DNA of 64,000 nt from an uncultured virus (IMG/VR IMGVR_UViG_3300045969_000082) (Duplodnaviria; Heunggongvirae; Uroviricota; Caudoviricetes), in IMG/VR virus record IMGVR_UViG_3300045969_000082; one strand, given 5' to 3'. Of this stretch, positions 47,742 to 56,838 are shown one piece after another. Within the stretch, counting starts at the first letter, position 1, and every line of letters starts with the position of its first letter. The notes beneath the pieces are model-generated. The model did no database searches, was not told where the DNA came from, and was given only the letters and a program-made list of their open reading frames with translations. The position numbers and the translations under genes are program-made.

Positions 47742-49201
47742 CAGAAGCCCTCCAAGGATTCTTGCTCAACCGGCGCGCGGTCAGATTTGTAACGGGTTAG
47801 GCGGGCCTCGAAGATGAGCCGCTGGCGGACGTGAGGTGATCCGAACCGAACTTTCACCGCGCCGATCTCTGCGATGTCGACTCCATCGTTCCGCACCGCC
47901 GACGGAAAAGCCTTCTCGATCTTCTTCCAATCCGAGTCGCTACTGGCGATCGCCTTCCTCTCCTCGAGGAATTTCAGGAAGCGATAGAGGTAGAAGATCG
48001 CATCGAACGGCGTCTTCGCAGGATCCCCGCCAAACAGGTCCATCGAGATCGGCCGCGGATTGTCGCGCTTCATGCCGAAGCTGTTGCGCTGGTTGAGCAC
48101 AAGCCATGCGGCATCCGTCATTTCGGCTCCGGCCTTCAGGATTTGTCCGATACCCTTGGCCTTGGTGCCCTCGTCAGCCCGACGATCTTCGGGCTTCACC
48201 ACGCCGATGTGGTCAACCACCACGAACGGCACCTTGTCGTTGCCGCGCCGTTTCACGAAGGTCCGCGCCAGCCCGACGAGTTGCGGCGCTGATTGATCGG
48301 TGCATTTGATGACCTCGAACGGGACCGAGCCGATCCAGCGGGCGAAGCTCATGCAAGTCTCGAACTCCTTCTCCGACAGCAGCTTTGCGTCCCGCTGCCG
48401 ACGAGCCTCGATCTCGTTCTCCTGCGCCACCATCTGACGGATCACCTGATCCGACGATTGGTCAAAGGAGAGGAAGCAGACCGGATGCCCCTTCTTCAGG
48501 GCATGCAGGATCAACTGGATTGTAAGGGAGGTCTTGCCCTCGCCCGACGAAGACAGCAGCCCGTAGAGGTTTCCCGCCTCGAAGCATGGTTCCGAAATCA
48601 CCTCAGCGATTTCGTCGAGAGCGATAGGCACGCCCCTGACTTCGCCTCGCTGGTAGGACATCGACAGGCTGTCGAGGTAGGACTGCCCGGCGTTCTTGAT
48701 CGGCGAGGATTTCAGCGCATCGGCGCGGATCGCAGCCATGCGCTCCTCGATCGGCTCGAACGCCTTCAGCGGATTCTCGCCCGGCGCGAGGTTGAAGTAG
48801 GTGTCGACGCCATCCTGAAGCGCGCCGATTGCTTGCCGCGCGACCCACGCATCGAAAATCGCTGCGGCATAATCCGGCGCATTCACCACCGTCACCGCAT
48901 GCGTGCAGAGATGGGCGAGATAGCCAGAAACCGTCGCCTCCTGCCCCTCGATCTTCAGACCTTCGACCTTGGCAGGCAGGCTGTTCTTCAGCGTCACCGG
49001 GTTTGCGCCGCGGCCGTTCGCAAGTGACTGGCCGATCACCTCATAGACGCGCTGGTGCAGCGGTTCGTAGAAGTGCTGCGGTTCCAGCAGACGGTTCACC
49101 ACATCGAAAGCGGCGTTATTCAGGAGGATCGCGCCGAGAAGCGCCTGTTCCGCGGGAACGTTCTCGGGAACGGCACGGACGGATGGATCGTGCGCGTTCA
49201 T
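47741..49201 (-). CDS. DnaB-like replicative helicase
   Basis: AEQALLGAILLNN N-domain, SSSGEGKTS Walker A, VVVDHIG, LNQRN. Confidence 0.92.
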   Translation of the reverse strand: MNAHDPSVRAVPENVPAEQALLGAILLNNAAFDVVNRLLEPQHFYEPLHQRVYEVIGQSLANGRGANPVTLKNSLPAKVEGLKIEGQEATVSGYLAHLCTHAVTVVNAPDYAAAIFDAWVARQAIGALQDGVDTYFNLAPGENPLKAFEPIEERMAAIRADALKSSPIKNAGQSYLDSLSMSYQRGEVRGVPIALDEIAEVISEPCFEAGNLYGLLSSSGEGKTSLTIQLILHALKKGHPVCFLSFDQSSDQVIRQMVAQENEIEARRQRDAKLLSEKEFETCMSFARWIGSVPFEVIKCTDQSAPQLVGLARTFVKRRGNDKVPFVVVDHIGVVKPEDRRADEGTKAKGIGQILKAGAEMTDAAWLVLNQRNSFGMKRDNPRPISMDLFGGDPAKTPFDAIFYLYRFLKFLEERKAIASSDSDWKKIEKAFPSAVRNDGVDIAEIGAVKVRFGSPHVRQRLIFEARLTRYKSDRAPVEQESLEGF

Positions 49202-49746
49202 GCCACCACTCCCGCCGCCATCAGGCGGAACTGGTCGCACTTCTTCGCCGTCCAGTAGGCGATAATGCAGGCGTCGCGAGCGTCTTGGTTGGTGGCGACG
49301 ATCTTCAACCGCTCACACATTTGCTTCGCGCGCTCCTTCGACGAGCCCTTGATGTCCTTGTCGATCACCGACAGCCACGACTGCGGCCTCACCTCGACGC
49401 AGGGTATGTTTTGGCCGGTGACGCAGATCTGCGCCGCGCCGGCGAGCCGGTTGAGCTGCATCACCGTGCCGGGATTGATTGTGGAGACTTCCTCCTCCTC
49501 GCCGAACATCGTCTTCGACTTCTTGGTGAAGGTCGGAACGATCGAAAGAGGCGCTTCGATGGCACAGAAATCCGGCCGATGCTCGCGGATCAGCTTTGGC
49601 AGCTTCCTTCGCATGTCGGCCACCTTCTCGAAGGCGTTATCCCCGATGAACTGGAGAGCGCCAGAAAGCATCGACGACGGGTCGCGATCGGCATCCCAAA
49701 CCGCATATCCGCACTTCGTTGCCACGTCCAAGGCGAGGATCTTCAT
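49198..49746 (-). CDS. RuvC-like Holliday junction resolvase
   Basis: ILALDVAT, AIEAP, NQDARDA. Confidence 0.75.
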   Translation of the reverse strand: MKILALDVATKCGYAVWDADRDPSSMLSGALQFIGDNAFEKVADMRRKLPKLIREHRPDFCAIEAPLSIVPTFTKKSKTMFGEEEEVSTINPGTVMQLNRLAGAAQICVTGQNIPCVEVRPQSWLSVIDKDIKGSSKERAKQMCERLKIVATNQDARDACIIAYWTAKKCDQFRLMAAGVVA

Positions 49747-50036
49747 GGCTGCCCGCCTCCCCTGACGAGCCGATAGACCTCGCCAGTGCTGACGCCGCCG
49801 TCGATCGACATCCCGTGTCGGCGGAGGATTCGATCCAGCCGCATCACTTCGTTGCAGAACTCGACGTAGGCGATGACGGGCTGGTCCTTCGGGCTCGGGA
49901 ACCCGCACCAGTGGATGATCTTGTCCCGATGGCTCGGGCCGTTATCGCGCAGATATCGGTAGACCCGCAGCGCGCGGCCATAGACGTCGGCGCTGCGGAT
50001 TCCATCCTCTATCGACTTGTTGAGGCCGGCGGTCAT
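49743..50036 (-). CDS. Hypothetical wHTH-like protein
   Basis: Coupled ORF. Confidence 0.55.
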   Translation of the reverse strand: MTAGLNKSIEDGIRSADVYGRALRVYRYLRDNGPSHRDKIIHWCGFPSPKDQPVIAYVEFCNEVMRLDRILRRHGMSIDGGVSTGEVYRLVRGGGQP

Positions 50037-50770
50037 GCGATTGCCCTCGCTCCTGAAAACATATCCGGTCCAGCATGGGCGGCGCGCAGCCGCGCCACGG
50101 CCATGTCGAAGAACGGTTCGTGGATCTCGATGCCGATGAACTTCCTGCCGAGGCGCATGCAGGCGACTCCGGTGGTGCCACTGCCCATGAAAGGATCGAG
50201 CACCACCTGTCCCGGCGCCGAGGAGTTGCGGACGTATTCCTCCATCAGGGCGACCGGCTTTTCGGTCGGATGCCCCGCTTCCTTCTCTATGCCGCCGCGG
50301 AGAAGTTGCTTGGAGGACGGATCGTTTATCGTCTTCGCCCGGCCCTTCCAGAGATAGGCCGTGAACTCCAGGTTCTTCATGTACCAGCGGTTCGCCGTCG
50401 GCGTGACCTTGTCCCAGACCAGCACGTTGTGGAGGCCAAACCCGGCATCCGTGGCCGCATTGAGGATCGGCCGAAGGTTCTTGTCGTTCGACATCACGTA
50501 GCAGTCGGCGTCGTCGACGAGGACGTCATGAAGAGCCGCCATCATCTCAGGGAACGGTACAGTCGCCATGATGAGTTGACCGTCGTTTGCATAGTTGTGC
50601 GAGGCGAAGATGCCGGACATGGTCTTCGATGATTTCGAGACGCCGCCGGTGGTGAGCGCATACGGCACGTCGCTGACGACAAGGTCGACCTTCGGCAAAC
50701 CGGGCAGGATCGCCATGGCATCACCAAGGAGAAGGCGGCAATCGCCTACGATTTCCTCGCGGACGATCAT
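50033..50770 (-). CDS. Beta-class N6/N4 DNA methyltransferase
   Basis: SDVPY (motif IV variant), HPTEKP, VLDPFMGSGTT. Confidence 0.9.
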   Translation of the reverse strand: MIVREEIVGDCRLLLGDAMAILPGLPKVDLVVSDVPYALTTGGVSKSSKTMSGIFASHNYANDGQLIMATVPFPEMMAALHDVLVDDADCYVMSNDKNLRPILNAATDAGFGLHNVLVWDKVTPTANRWYMKNLEFTAYLWKGRAKTINDPSSKQLLRGGIEKEAGHPTEKPVALMEEYVRNSSAPGQVVLDPFMGSGTTGVACMRLGRKFIGIEIHEPFFDMAVARLRAAHAGPDMFSGARAIA

Positions 50771-51009
50771 CAAACCGCCCCCATGAACCACAGGAACGCG
50801 ACGATGGCCGCAGCCTCGATCACGACCAGAGACAGGATCGGGCGATACGAGAACGGCCGATCATGCCAACGCAGCGGCTCGTCGCGACCATCAATGCCTG
50901 GATCGTCAGGCTGGCGCGCCGGCCAGTGCGTATCGCCACGCGCCTTCTTCGCGGCCACGGCGGCATAGTAACTGCCGATGCCGTCCTTCTGCGGATCGTA
51001 CTCGCTCAT
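50770..51009 (-). CDS. Small membrane protein
   Basis: C-terminal TM; coupled. Confidence 0.5.
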   Translation of the reverse strand: MSEYDPQKDGIGSYYAAVAAKKARGDTHWPARQPDDPGIDGRDEPLRWHDRPFSYRPILSLVVIEAAAIVAFLWFMGAV

Positions 51010-51100
51010 CGCCCCAGAACCCAGCCGAGAACGAAGGCGAAAGCCACAACGACGAGGATGGCGACGAACTCGCCGTCAGCCGGTTGAGACAGCCACTCCA

Positions 51101-51454
51101 TCATGCCGCCCTCGCGCTTTTCTGGGCGAGGCTCCAGCCGACGCCCCAATGGGTGACTATCTCGATGCCTTGGCGAGCGAGCTTGCGACGCAGCTTGCAC
51201 AGCCAAACGTCTATGATCTTTGGATCGGGCTGGGCGGCTATGTGGCCGTAGAGAACCATCATCGCGGATTCGCGCGTCACCAGTTCTCGGGCGGCCATGT
51301 GCGCGTAGAGCCGGCGTTCGCGATCAGTCAGGCCCCACGACAACGGCGCGTTCTTCCCGCCCTCGACAAGCTGCTGCTTCAACTGCCGCACCTGCTCGCG
51401 GAGCGTTTCGTTCTCCACGCGGAGCCTGTGCTTTTCCATGTCTTCGACTGCCAT
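51101..51454 (-). CDS. CtrA-like winged-helix DNA-binding protein without receiver domain
   Basis: LT..E...LYG...PDPKIIDVWLCKLRRKL...IVTHWGVGW. Confidence 0.8.
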   Translation of the reverse strand: MAVEDMEKHRLRVENETLREQVRQLKQQLVEGGKNAPLSWGLTDRERRLYAHMAARELVTRESAMMVLYGHIAAQPDPKIIDVWLCKLRRKLARQGIEIVTHWGVGWSLAQKSARAA

Positions 51455-51508
51455 GACCCCATCCTTGATAATGGGAGCGCCTGTCGGCCGGCGCGCGCCA
51501 CGCTCGGA

Positions 51509-51898
51509 TTACTCGGCCGTCAGGATTTCCAGCGCCGCCTCGCAGGACGACACGATCTTCTGGTCGGCCTCGATGTCGCGCGCGGCCTGCGCTTTGGCCT
51601 CGGTTTCACGCTCGGCAAGATCGGCCAGCGCCGCCTCGTGCCGGGCCTTCTCTTCCTTCCGCGCCGCCGCGATGCTCGCCAGCGTCGCCTTCAGGCCCTT
51701 CTTGGTGTCGGAAATCCGCTGCTTGCGCTTGGTGATCGAGTGCCGGTGCGCCGCCGCGATCCGGTCCTGCTCGTTCTCGGGATCGGGCGCGACGTAGCGC
51801 GAGACCGTCGGCTTCTTCAGCGCGACCACGTTCATGTCGCGATCCAGTTCGGCGCCAAGGTCGCGCTCCAGATTGCGCAGTGCTTGTGCTGTGCTCAT
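51509..51898 (-). CDS. Coiled-coil hypothetical protein
   Basis: GGGAG RBS; helical. Confidence 0.65.
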   Translation of the reverse strand: MSTAQALRNLERDLGAELDRDMNVVALKKPTVSRYVAPDPENEQDRIAAAHRHSITKRKQRISDTKKGLKATLASIAAARKEEKARHEAALADLAERETEAKAQAARDIEADQKIVSSCEAALEILTAE

Positions 51899-51993
51899 GT
51901 TCAAACTCCCTTGATGGAGATGCCGGCCACGACGATGCGAACTCGGGCGCGCGGCCGGCGCTGGCGGAAAAATCTGGCGAGGCGGACGATCAT

Positions 51994-52536
51994 CTACTTG
52001 CTGCCGATCTCGCCCATCTTCTGAAGCATCTCCCGTCGACCGGGAGGCGGATCGCCCATGATCGAGGCGGTGACGTTTCGGACGGGCTGTGCCCGCGCAG
52101 CGGGGCGCTGTGCTGGCTGCGTGGTCTGCTTCTTATTCGGCGCGGTCTCGTCGGCCCACTTCGGCAGGACGATCTCGATCCAGCCCTCGTCGACGTTTTC
52201 CCATTGGCACCACAGCGCCGGCTCGGAACGGTTAACGAAAGCGTCCTGGTGCCCCATCTTCAGCGAGAACCAGACACCCTTAGCGGCCTTTTGTTGGGCG
52301 ATTGCCACCTGCCCGGCGCTGTTGTTCTTGCGAAGGCGCAGGAGACCGTGATGCTCGCCACTGCCGATCATGATCTCGATCTTGTCTCCGTCGGACCAGC
52401 CGAGCTTCTTCCCGACAGTTTCGCTGATCGAGAACGACATCTGGGCCGGAGACTTCGACGTCTGCCGGAGCGAGACCTTGATCCCGGTGCCGACCGACGC
52501 CGGCTTGATCTCGATATGCGCCTTCGCCCACGCCAT
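51994..52536 (-). CDS. Hypothetical phage protein
   Basis: C-terminal MGDPPPGR motif. Confidence 0.7.
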   Translation of the reverse strand: MAWAKAHIEIKPASVGTGIKVSLRQTSKSPAQMSFSISETVGKKLGWSDGDKIEIMIGSGEHHGLLRLRKNNSAGQVAIAQQKAAKGVWFSLKMGHQDAFVNRSEPALWCQWENVDEGWIEIVLPKWADETAPNKKQTTQPAQRPAARAQPVRNVTASIMGDPPPGRREMLQKMGEIGSK

Positions 52537-52540
52537 CGGA

Positions 52541-53101
52541 TCAATCCTCGTCCTCGTCGAAGACGTCGTCGTCAGCGTCGGACTTGATGAGTTCGTCGCC
52601 GGCGGGCTCCATGGACAGGATCAGTTCCCGTTCACGGGTCCCATCATGGAAAGCCGAAATCCAAGCCTGACCCTGCTCGCTGTCGACGGCGTAGGGGTTC
52701 TGGTCCATGCCCTGCCCCATAATGCCGACATACCGACCAAGCTCCTTGGCCTTCGCGGTGCTGTCGCGGCTCGGCGTCTCGACCCGGAACATATCGAGCT
52801 GCTTCTTCTCGATCGGCGTGCCCAGGATCATCAGGTACTCGGTGAGCGCCTTGAGGTACGCGACTTTCTCGTCGACCTTGCCGGACTTCTTGATCGCGAG
52901 CGCGTCTTTCGCGGCGGCGAGATGGATGCCCTTTGCCTCGACGTGCTTCAGGGTGTTCCGGTAGTTGCCGTTGGCGGTCTCGAACTCCGCCTTGGCGCGA
53001 GCGATCTTGCCAAGCTGAAGCGCGACGACCGCGTCCTCGGCCGGGCCGTTCTTCCTCAGTTCGACGACGTTGTCGTCCTTCTTCGCCTGTGCTTTCGCCA
53101 T
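52541..53101 (-). CDS. Hypothetical protein with RMF-like C-terminal motif
   Basis: G..G..G...NPY...QAWISAFHDG. Confidence 0.65.
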   Translation of the reverse strand: MAKAQAKKDDNVVELRKNGPAEDAVVALQLGKIARAKAEFETANGNYRNTLKHVEAKGIHLAAAKDALAIKKSGKVDEKVAYLKALTEYLMILGTPIEKKQLDMFRVETPSRDSTAKAKELGRYVGIMGQGMDQNPYAVDSEQGQAWISAFHDGTRERELILSMEPAGDELIKSDADDDVFDEDED

Positions 53102-53120
53102 TGTTGGCTCTCCTGTTGAG

Positions 53121-53315
53121 TTACGCGACCTCGACGACCATCACGTCGCCGTCGTCGAACTTGATCCGCATCAGTGTCTTGTCCTGTTGGAAGGCCGAGC
53201 GGAGTTGCCCGTCCTCATCCTCGTAGGCACACTGGTCACTGACGCCGACTTCCGTGATGGCCGCGCCTTTCCTGATCTTCCGGATCAGGTCGCGCTTGCC
53301 GGAGATTTTCGCCAT
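53121..53315 (-). CDS. Hypothetical protein
   Basis: GAGGAGG RBS. Confidence 0.65.
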   Translation of the reverse strand: MAKISGKRDLIRKIRKGAAITEVGVSDQCAYEDEDGQLRSAFQQDKTLMRIKFDDGDVMVVEVA

Positions 53316-53354
53316 TGTTGGCCTCCTCTGGCCGCTGGTTAGGATTTCAGGTGC

Positions 53355-53564
53355 TCACCGCCGCCAGTCGCGCGTGTTCCGCAGCGACAGCCACGGAAGC
53401 GCGATGGCGAAGATGATGAGAACGAGGGCGATCGGCCCCCAAATCGGCGCGAGAACCCACCACCACGACCAGTCGATGAAGCCGGTGAGCTTGAGCCCGA
53501 TGAAAAGGATGGCGAGCAGGCTCAGAAAGACGCTGCCGCCACCGGAGGAATTGGCGTTGCTCAT
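53355..53564 (-). CDS. Small two-TM phage membrane protein
   Basis: LKLTGFIDWSWWWVLAPIW. Confidence 0.75.
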   Translation of the reverse strand: MSNANSSGGGSVFLSLLAILFIGLKLTGFIDWSWWWVLAPIWGPIALVLIIFAIALPWLSLRNTRDWRR

Positions 53565-53567
53565 GGC

Positions 53568-53990
53568 CTACGCCTCCTCTCGCGGCGCAGCCGCCACCAC
53601 TCCTCGACCATCCGGGCCAAGGCTCGCATCAACCGCATCGGCATGGTTCCTGATCTGGAGGCGCTGGCGCTCGTACTCGTCAGCCTTGGCCTCGACGCGC
53701 TGGCACAATTCCTCGTAGGCCAGCATGAACGGGATCATCACGCTTCCCGCGACGGTCTTCATTTCCTTCCAGCGATCCCAGCACCGCTTGGCCTGAGACA
53801 CCGGAGCGCCGAGTTCGTCGGCAACGCGCTGGACAGCGGCGCCCATCGTGTCACCACGACCGCGGAATTGCGCCCGCGCAACGCACTCCATCCAGAACAC
53901 CGTCCGCTCGGGATCGGTCATTCCCTTCGTGTCACGAAGCGCGCGAAGGTCACGCGCTATGACGGATTCGTCATTCCTTCTGACGGACAT
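53568..53990 (-). CDS. Hypothetical protein (cII-like position)
   Basis: GAGGAG RBS; HTH-like segment. Confidence 0.55.
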   Translation of the reverse strand: MSVRRNDESVIARDLRALRDTKGMTDPERTVFWMECVARAQFRGRGDTMGAAVQRVADELGAPVSQAKRCWDRWKEMKTVAGSVMIPFMLAYEELCQRVEAKADEYERQRLQIRNHADAVDASLGPDGRGVVAAAPREEA

Positions 53991-54136
53991 GCTCGGCACT
54001 CCTCGATACGGTTCACGCATCGAGGAAGCGCGCCGGTCGCCGGAGCGCCGATCAGGGAAAGGAAGAACAGATGCAGCGCCGACGGAACCGCCAAGCTCAG
54101 ACCGGCATGCAACTGGATATGTTTGACACAGGATGC

Positions 54137-54331
54137 TCATTCCGAGCCCCCGACATGATGGACCGCCGAGAGTTCGCGCCTGATCCTCTGGATTTCGCTC
54201 AACTCATCCGACAGTTCCCGGCCCAGGTCCGTCAGATCCCTGAGCGTGAAAAGCAGGGTGATCATCACGTGACCGCCTCCGATCAGCCACACCGCAGAGA
54301 TCGACCACATGACGATGACTTCGAGGCTCAT
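54137..54331 (-). CDS. Small TM protein
   Basis: GGAGG RBS; N-terminal TM. Confidence 0.45.
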   Translation of the reverse strand: MSLEVIVMWSISAVWLIGGGHVMITLLFTLRDLTDLGRELSDELSEIQRIRRELSAVHHVGGSE

Positions 54332-54417
54332 GCCGCGCCTCCTGCTGGACGCCCCTTCGCTCCGGGAGCAGGATTGAGGTGCGAATCCAACCCGCCAGCC
54401 GAAGCGAAGGAGCGAAC

Positions 54418-54744
54418 ATGGAAAGAACGATGGAGGATTTGGAAGTCGACCTCAGGATCGCCAACGCAAGGGCCGAGGTCGCGATCGGGCTCGTGCGAAC
54501 ACTGGTCCGCGAGCTTTCCGGCATCGTATCGTGGAACGAGGACGACCTGTTCCGGTCCTACCTCGACAGCTTCGATGACGAAGACCCGGCCAGGGACTAT
54601 GCCTGCCTCGACTTCGTCCGCTTCCACGGCGGAGATGATGGCGTCAATCCCGGAGAGGCTTACGGCGCAGACCTCCAGCGACGCGAAGTGCTCGACCACA
54701 AGATCAGGAAGCAGATCAGGCAAGATCGCGCCTCCTCGATTTGA
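54418..54744 (+). CDS. Hypothetical moron protein
   Basis: AAGGAG RBS; opposite strand. Confidence 0.55.
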   Translation: MERTMEDLEVDLRIANARAEVAIGLVRTLVRELSGIVSWNEDDLFRSYLDSFDDEDPARDYACLDFVRFHGGDDGVNPGEAYGADLQRREVLDHKIRKQIRQDRASSI

Positions 54745-55075
54745 GGTGGTGCCCCATCCTGAAGGCGTAGCTGGACATTCCGGGTGGGCAGACGCGGCTA
54801 ATGGTGCGCGTGAGATTCTGACGCGCACGCGGTTCGCTTCTCCGAAAAAAGTCTCGAAGGAGCCGGGCATGCAGGGTGCGGCTCACCCGACCGCGCAACT
54901 CCACGTACTCGTTGTAGTCGATGGCGCCGCGCATCCACATCGAGCGCAGAGTCGCGCGCTCCTTCCTCACCGCAGCATAGAGCTTGGCATGCGCGTCCGT
55001 GCAGCGGGCCTCATCTTCCAGCCTCTGGAGGAACCCAGATGTGCGGAGAGCTTGATAGATTGGGTTGCGGATCAT
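54716..55075 (-). CDS. Hypothetical protein
   Basis: ATGA-coupled to cro. Confidence 0.5.
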   Translation of the reverse strand: MIRNPIYQALRTSGFLQRLEDEARCTDAHAKLYAAVRKERATLRSMWMRGAIDYNEYVELRGRVSRTLHARLLRDFFRRSEPRARQNLTRTISRVCPPGMSSYAFRMGHHLKSRRRDLA

Positions 55076-55326
55076 GCCGCGACACCTTCAGCAGCGCGGG
55101 CACGGGACGCTTCGTCCGGCGTCGGGACCGGGATGCCGTTCTCCTGTGCAATGCGGAGGATGTCGTGAGCATCGCGAGCCTTGAGGGCCTGATCCTTCAG
55201 CGCCTCCATCCGAAAGATGCGGACCTGATAGAGGAACAACCGCTTCGCGAACTCGCCCTGCGTTTCCCCGAGCGCTCGCCGGATGCACCAGAGCTGATTG
55301 CCGGTCAAGCTTGGGCCCGCACTCAT
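55072..55326 (-). CDS. Cro-like repressor
   Basis: IRRALGETQGEFAKRL HTH; AGGAG RBS; divergent from cI. Confidence 0.8.
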   Translation of the reverse strand: MSAGPSLTGNQLWCIRRALGETQGEFAKRLFLYQVRIFRMEALKDQALKARDAHDILRIAQENGIPVPTPDEASRARAAEGVAA

Positions 55327-55337
55327 GTATTGATCTC

Positions 55338-55397
55338 CTACAAATCGTATTAGACGAATACGCAAAGATTGCGCCCCATGTCAATACCAATCGTATT
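55338..55397. promoter_or_regulatory. OR-like operators and PR-like promoter
   Basis: CTAC-AAATC-GTAT (55338-55350), AATAC-CAATC-GTATT (55383-55397); TTGACA on minus strand at 55379-55384. Confidence 0.7.
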
Positions 55398-55422
55398 TGA
55401 AAATATGCGACGCTCGGCGACC

Positions 55423-56139
55423 ATGAAAAATGACGCGCCGAATCCCGACGAGAACAACCAGCACACCCGTCTTCGAGCCGCCCGTGAGAAGCTGAGGATT
55501 TCAGCCTCGGAAGCCGCACGCTCCATGGGGATGAACATCTCCACCTACACGCATCACGAGAACGGGACGCGGACCTATGGGGAGGAAGAGGCTCGGAAGT
55601 ACGCCAGGCGCCTGAAGACCACGCCGGAATATCTTCTGCTTGGCATTACCGGCGGTTCACCAAAGGGAATCGTCAAGGAAATCGACTCTCGGGCCGGCGC
55701 TGGCGGCGGCGGTGTCGTCGATCTCGTGAACGTCACAGATCAGAACGGGAATATAGTTTCGGCCGAGGTCATCAAGGATCACTGGCAGATACCCGAGTCG
55801 TTCCTTCGCGGCGAACTCCGGATGGAGGCGAACCGCGCCCTCATCATCGAGGTCTCCGGTGATTCCGGCTACGATCCGAGCAATCCGAACGCGCCAGGTT
55901 CCTTGATGCCGGGAGACCGGGTGATCGTCGATGCGAGAGATACGAAGCCTTCGCCGCCAGGGCCGTTCCTCGTCTACGACGGCGTCGGGTTCGTCGTGAA
56001 GCTTTGCGAGCCGGTCTTCGGATCTGATCCGCCGCGGATCAGACTGTCGAGCCGCAATCCGACCTATGAACCTTACGACGTGAGTGCTGAAGAAGGGCAC
56101 ATCGTCGGAAGGGTTCGAGGGCGAATCACGGCGATGTAG
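55423..56139 (+). CDS. cI: CI-like repressor (HTH plus S24 autopeptidase)
   Basis: RLRAAR...EAARSMG...YTHHENG; AGAG cleavage region; VSGDS, VVK, IVGRV. Confidence 0.9.
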   Translation: MKNDAPNPDENNQHTRLRAAREKLRISASEAARSMGMNISTYTHHENGTRTYGEEEARKYARRLKTTPEYLLLGITGGSPKGIVKEIDSRAGAGGGGVVDLVNVTDQNGNIVSAEVIKDHWQIPESFLRGELRMEANRALIIEVSGDSGYDPSNPNAPGSLMPGDRVIVDARDTKPSPPGPFLVYDGVGFVVKLCEPVFGSDPPRIRLSSRNPTYEPYDVSAEEGHIVGRVRGRITAM

Positions 56140-56165
56140 CCGTAACTGGGGGGGGGGGGACTCGC

Positions 56166-56492
56166 ATGACGAGGATAGTGGTCGAGACCAAAGTGAAGTT
56201 CACTGCTGCGGGAGGCATCGGGGCTTTGCTATTCGTCGCTGCGCCCGCCGTTTTGGCGTTCATGGCCCTGGACGATATCCGGTATGGATATGGAAGAATG
56301 ACAAGCTTCGCGGCGGCTGGCTACTTCATCTTCGCAGGCATAGCCGCTTCTCTTGGACTCGTGCTTCTTATGATTGGGCGGGAATACACCCACGAGGTGC
56401 AAATCCTGAAACCTGGTGAGACCGCGCCAAAGGATAATGTCCCACCTTTCGGCGGCACCGAAGCCGAACGACGCAACCTTGGCCTGAAGTGA
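56166..56492 (+). CDS. Two-TM membrane protein downstream of cI
   Basis: Two hydrophobic helices. Confidence 0.6.
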   Translation: MTRIVVETKVKFTAAGGIGALLFVAAPAVLAFMALDDIRYGYGRMTSFAAAGYFIFAGIAASLGLVLLMIGREYTHEVQILKPGETAPKDNVPPFGGTEAERRNLGLK

Positions 56493-56496
56493 CGCC

Positions 56497-56721
56497 ATGA
56501 CCCTCGACCAGCTCGAGACCGCCCTCCATGACATCCGCTGGACGCCAGACATTCTGGCCCGCGCGCTGGAGTGCGACGTCTCGCTCGTTCACGCATGGCT
56601 CGACGGAAATGCCGAGATCCCCATGAAGGTCGGCGTCTGGATCAAGGTCATCGCCGAGCACCATCAGGCTTTTGAGCAGACCAGGCCGAAGACGGTGAAG
56701 GGGAAGAAGTTTGTCACGTGA
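56497..56721 (+). CDS. Small HTH protein
   Basis: ILARALECDVSLVHAWLDG. Confidence 0.65.
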   Translation: MTLDQLETALHDIRWTPDILARALECDVSLVHAWLDGNAEIPMKVGVWIKVIAEHHQAFEQTRPKTVKGKKFVT

Positions 56722-56838
56722 AAGGAGAGAAAAATGATGTGCATGGGCGGGGAAAAGGACAGAGAGGACAACGACCCACCTCCTCCTCCGCAGGATTGGG
56801 ATAGCCGCAAGAGCGAAGACCAGTACGAGAAGCGCGAT

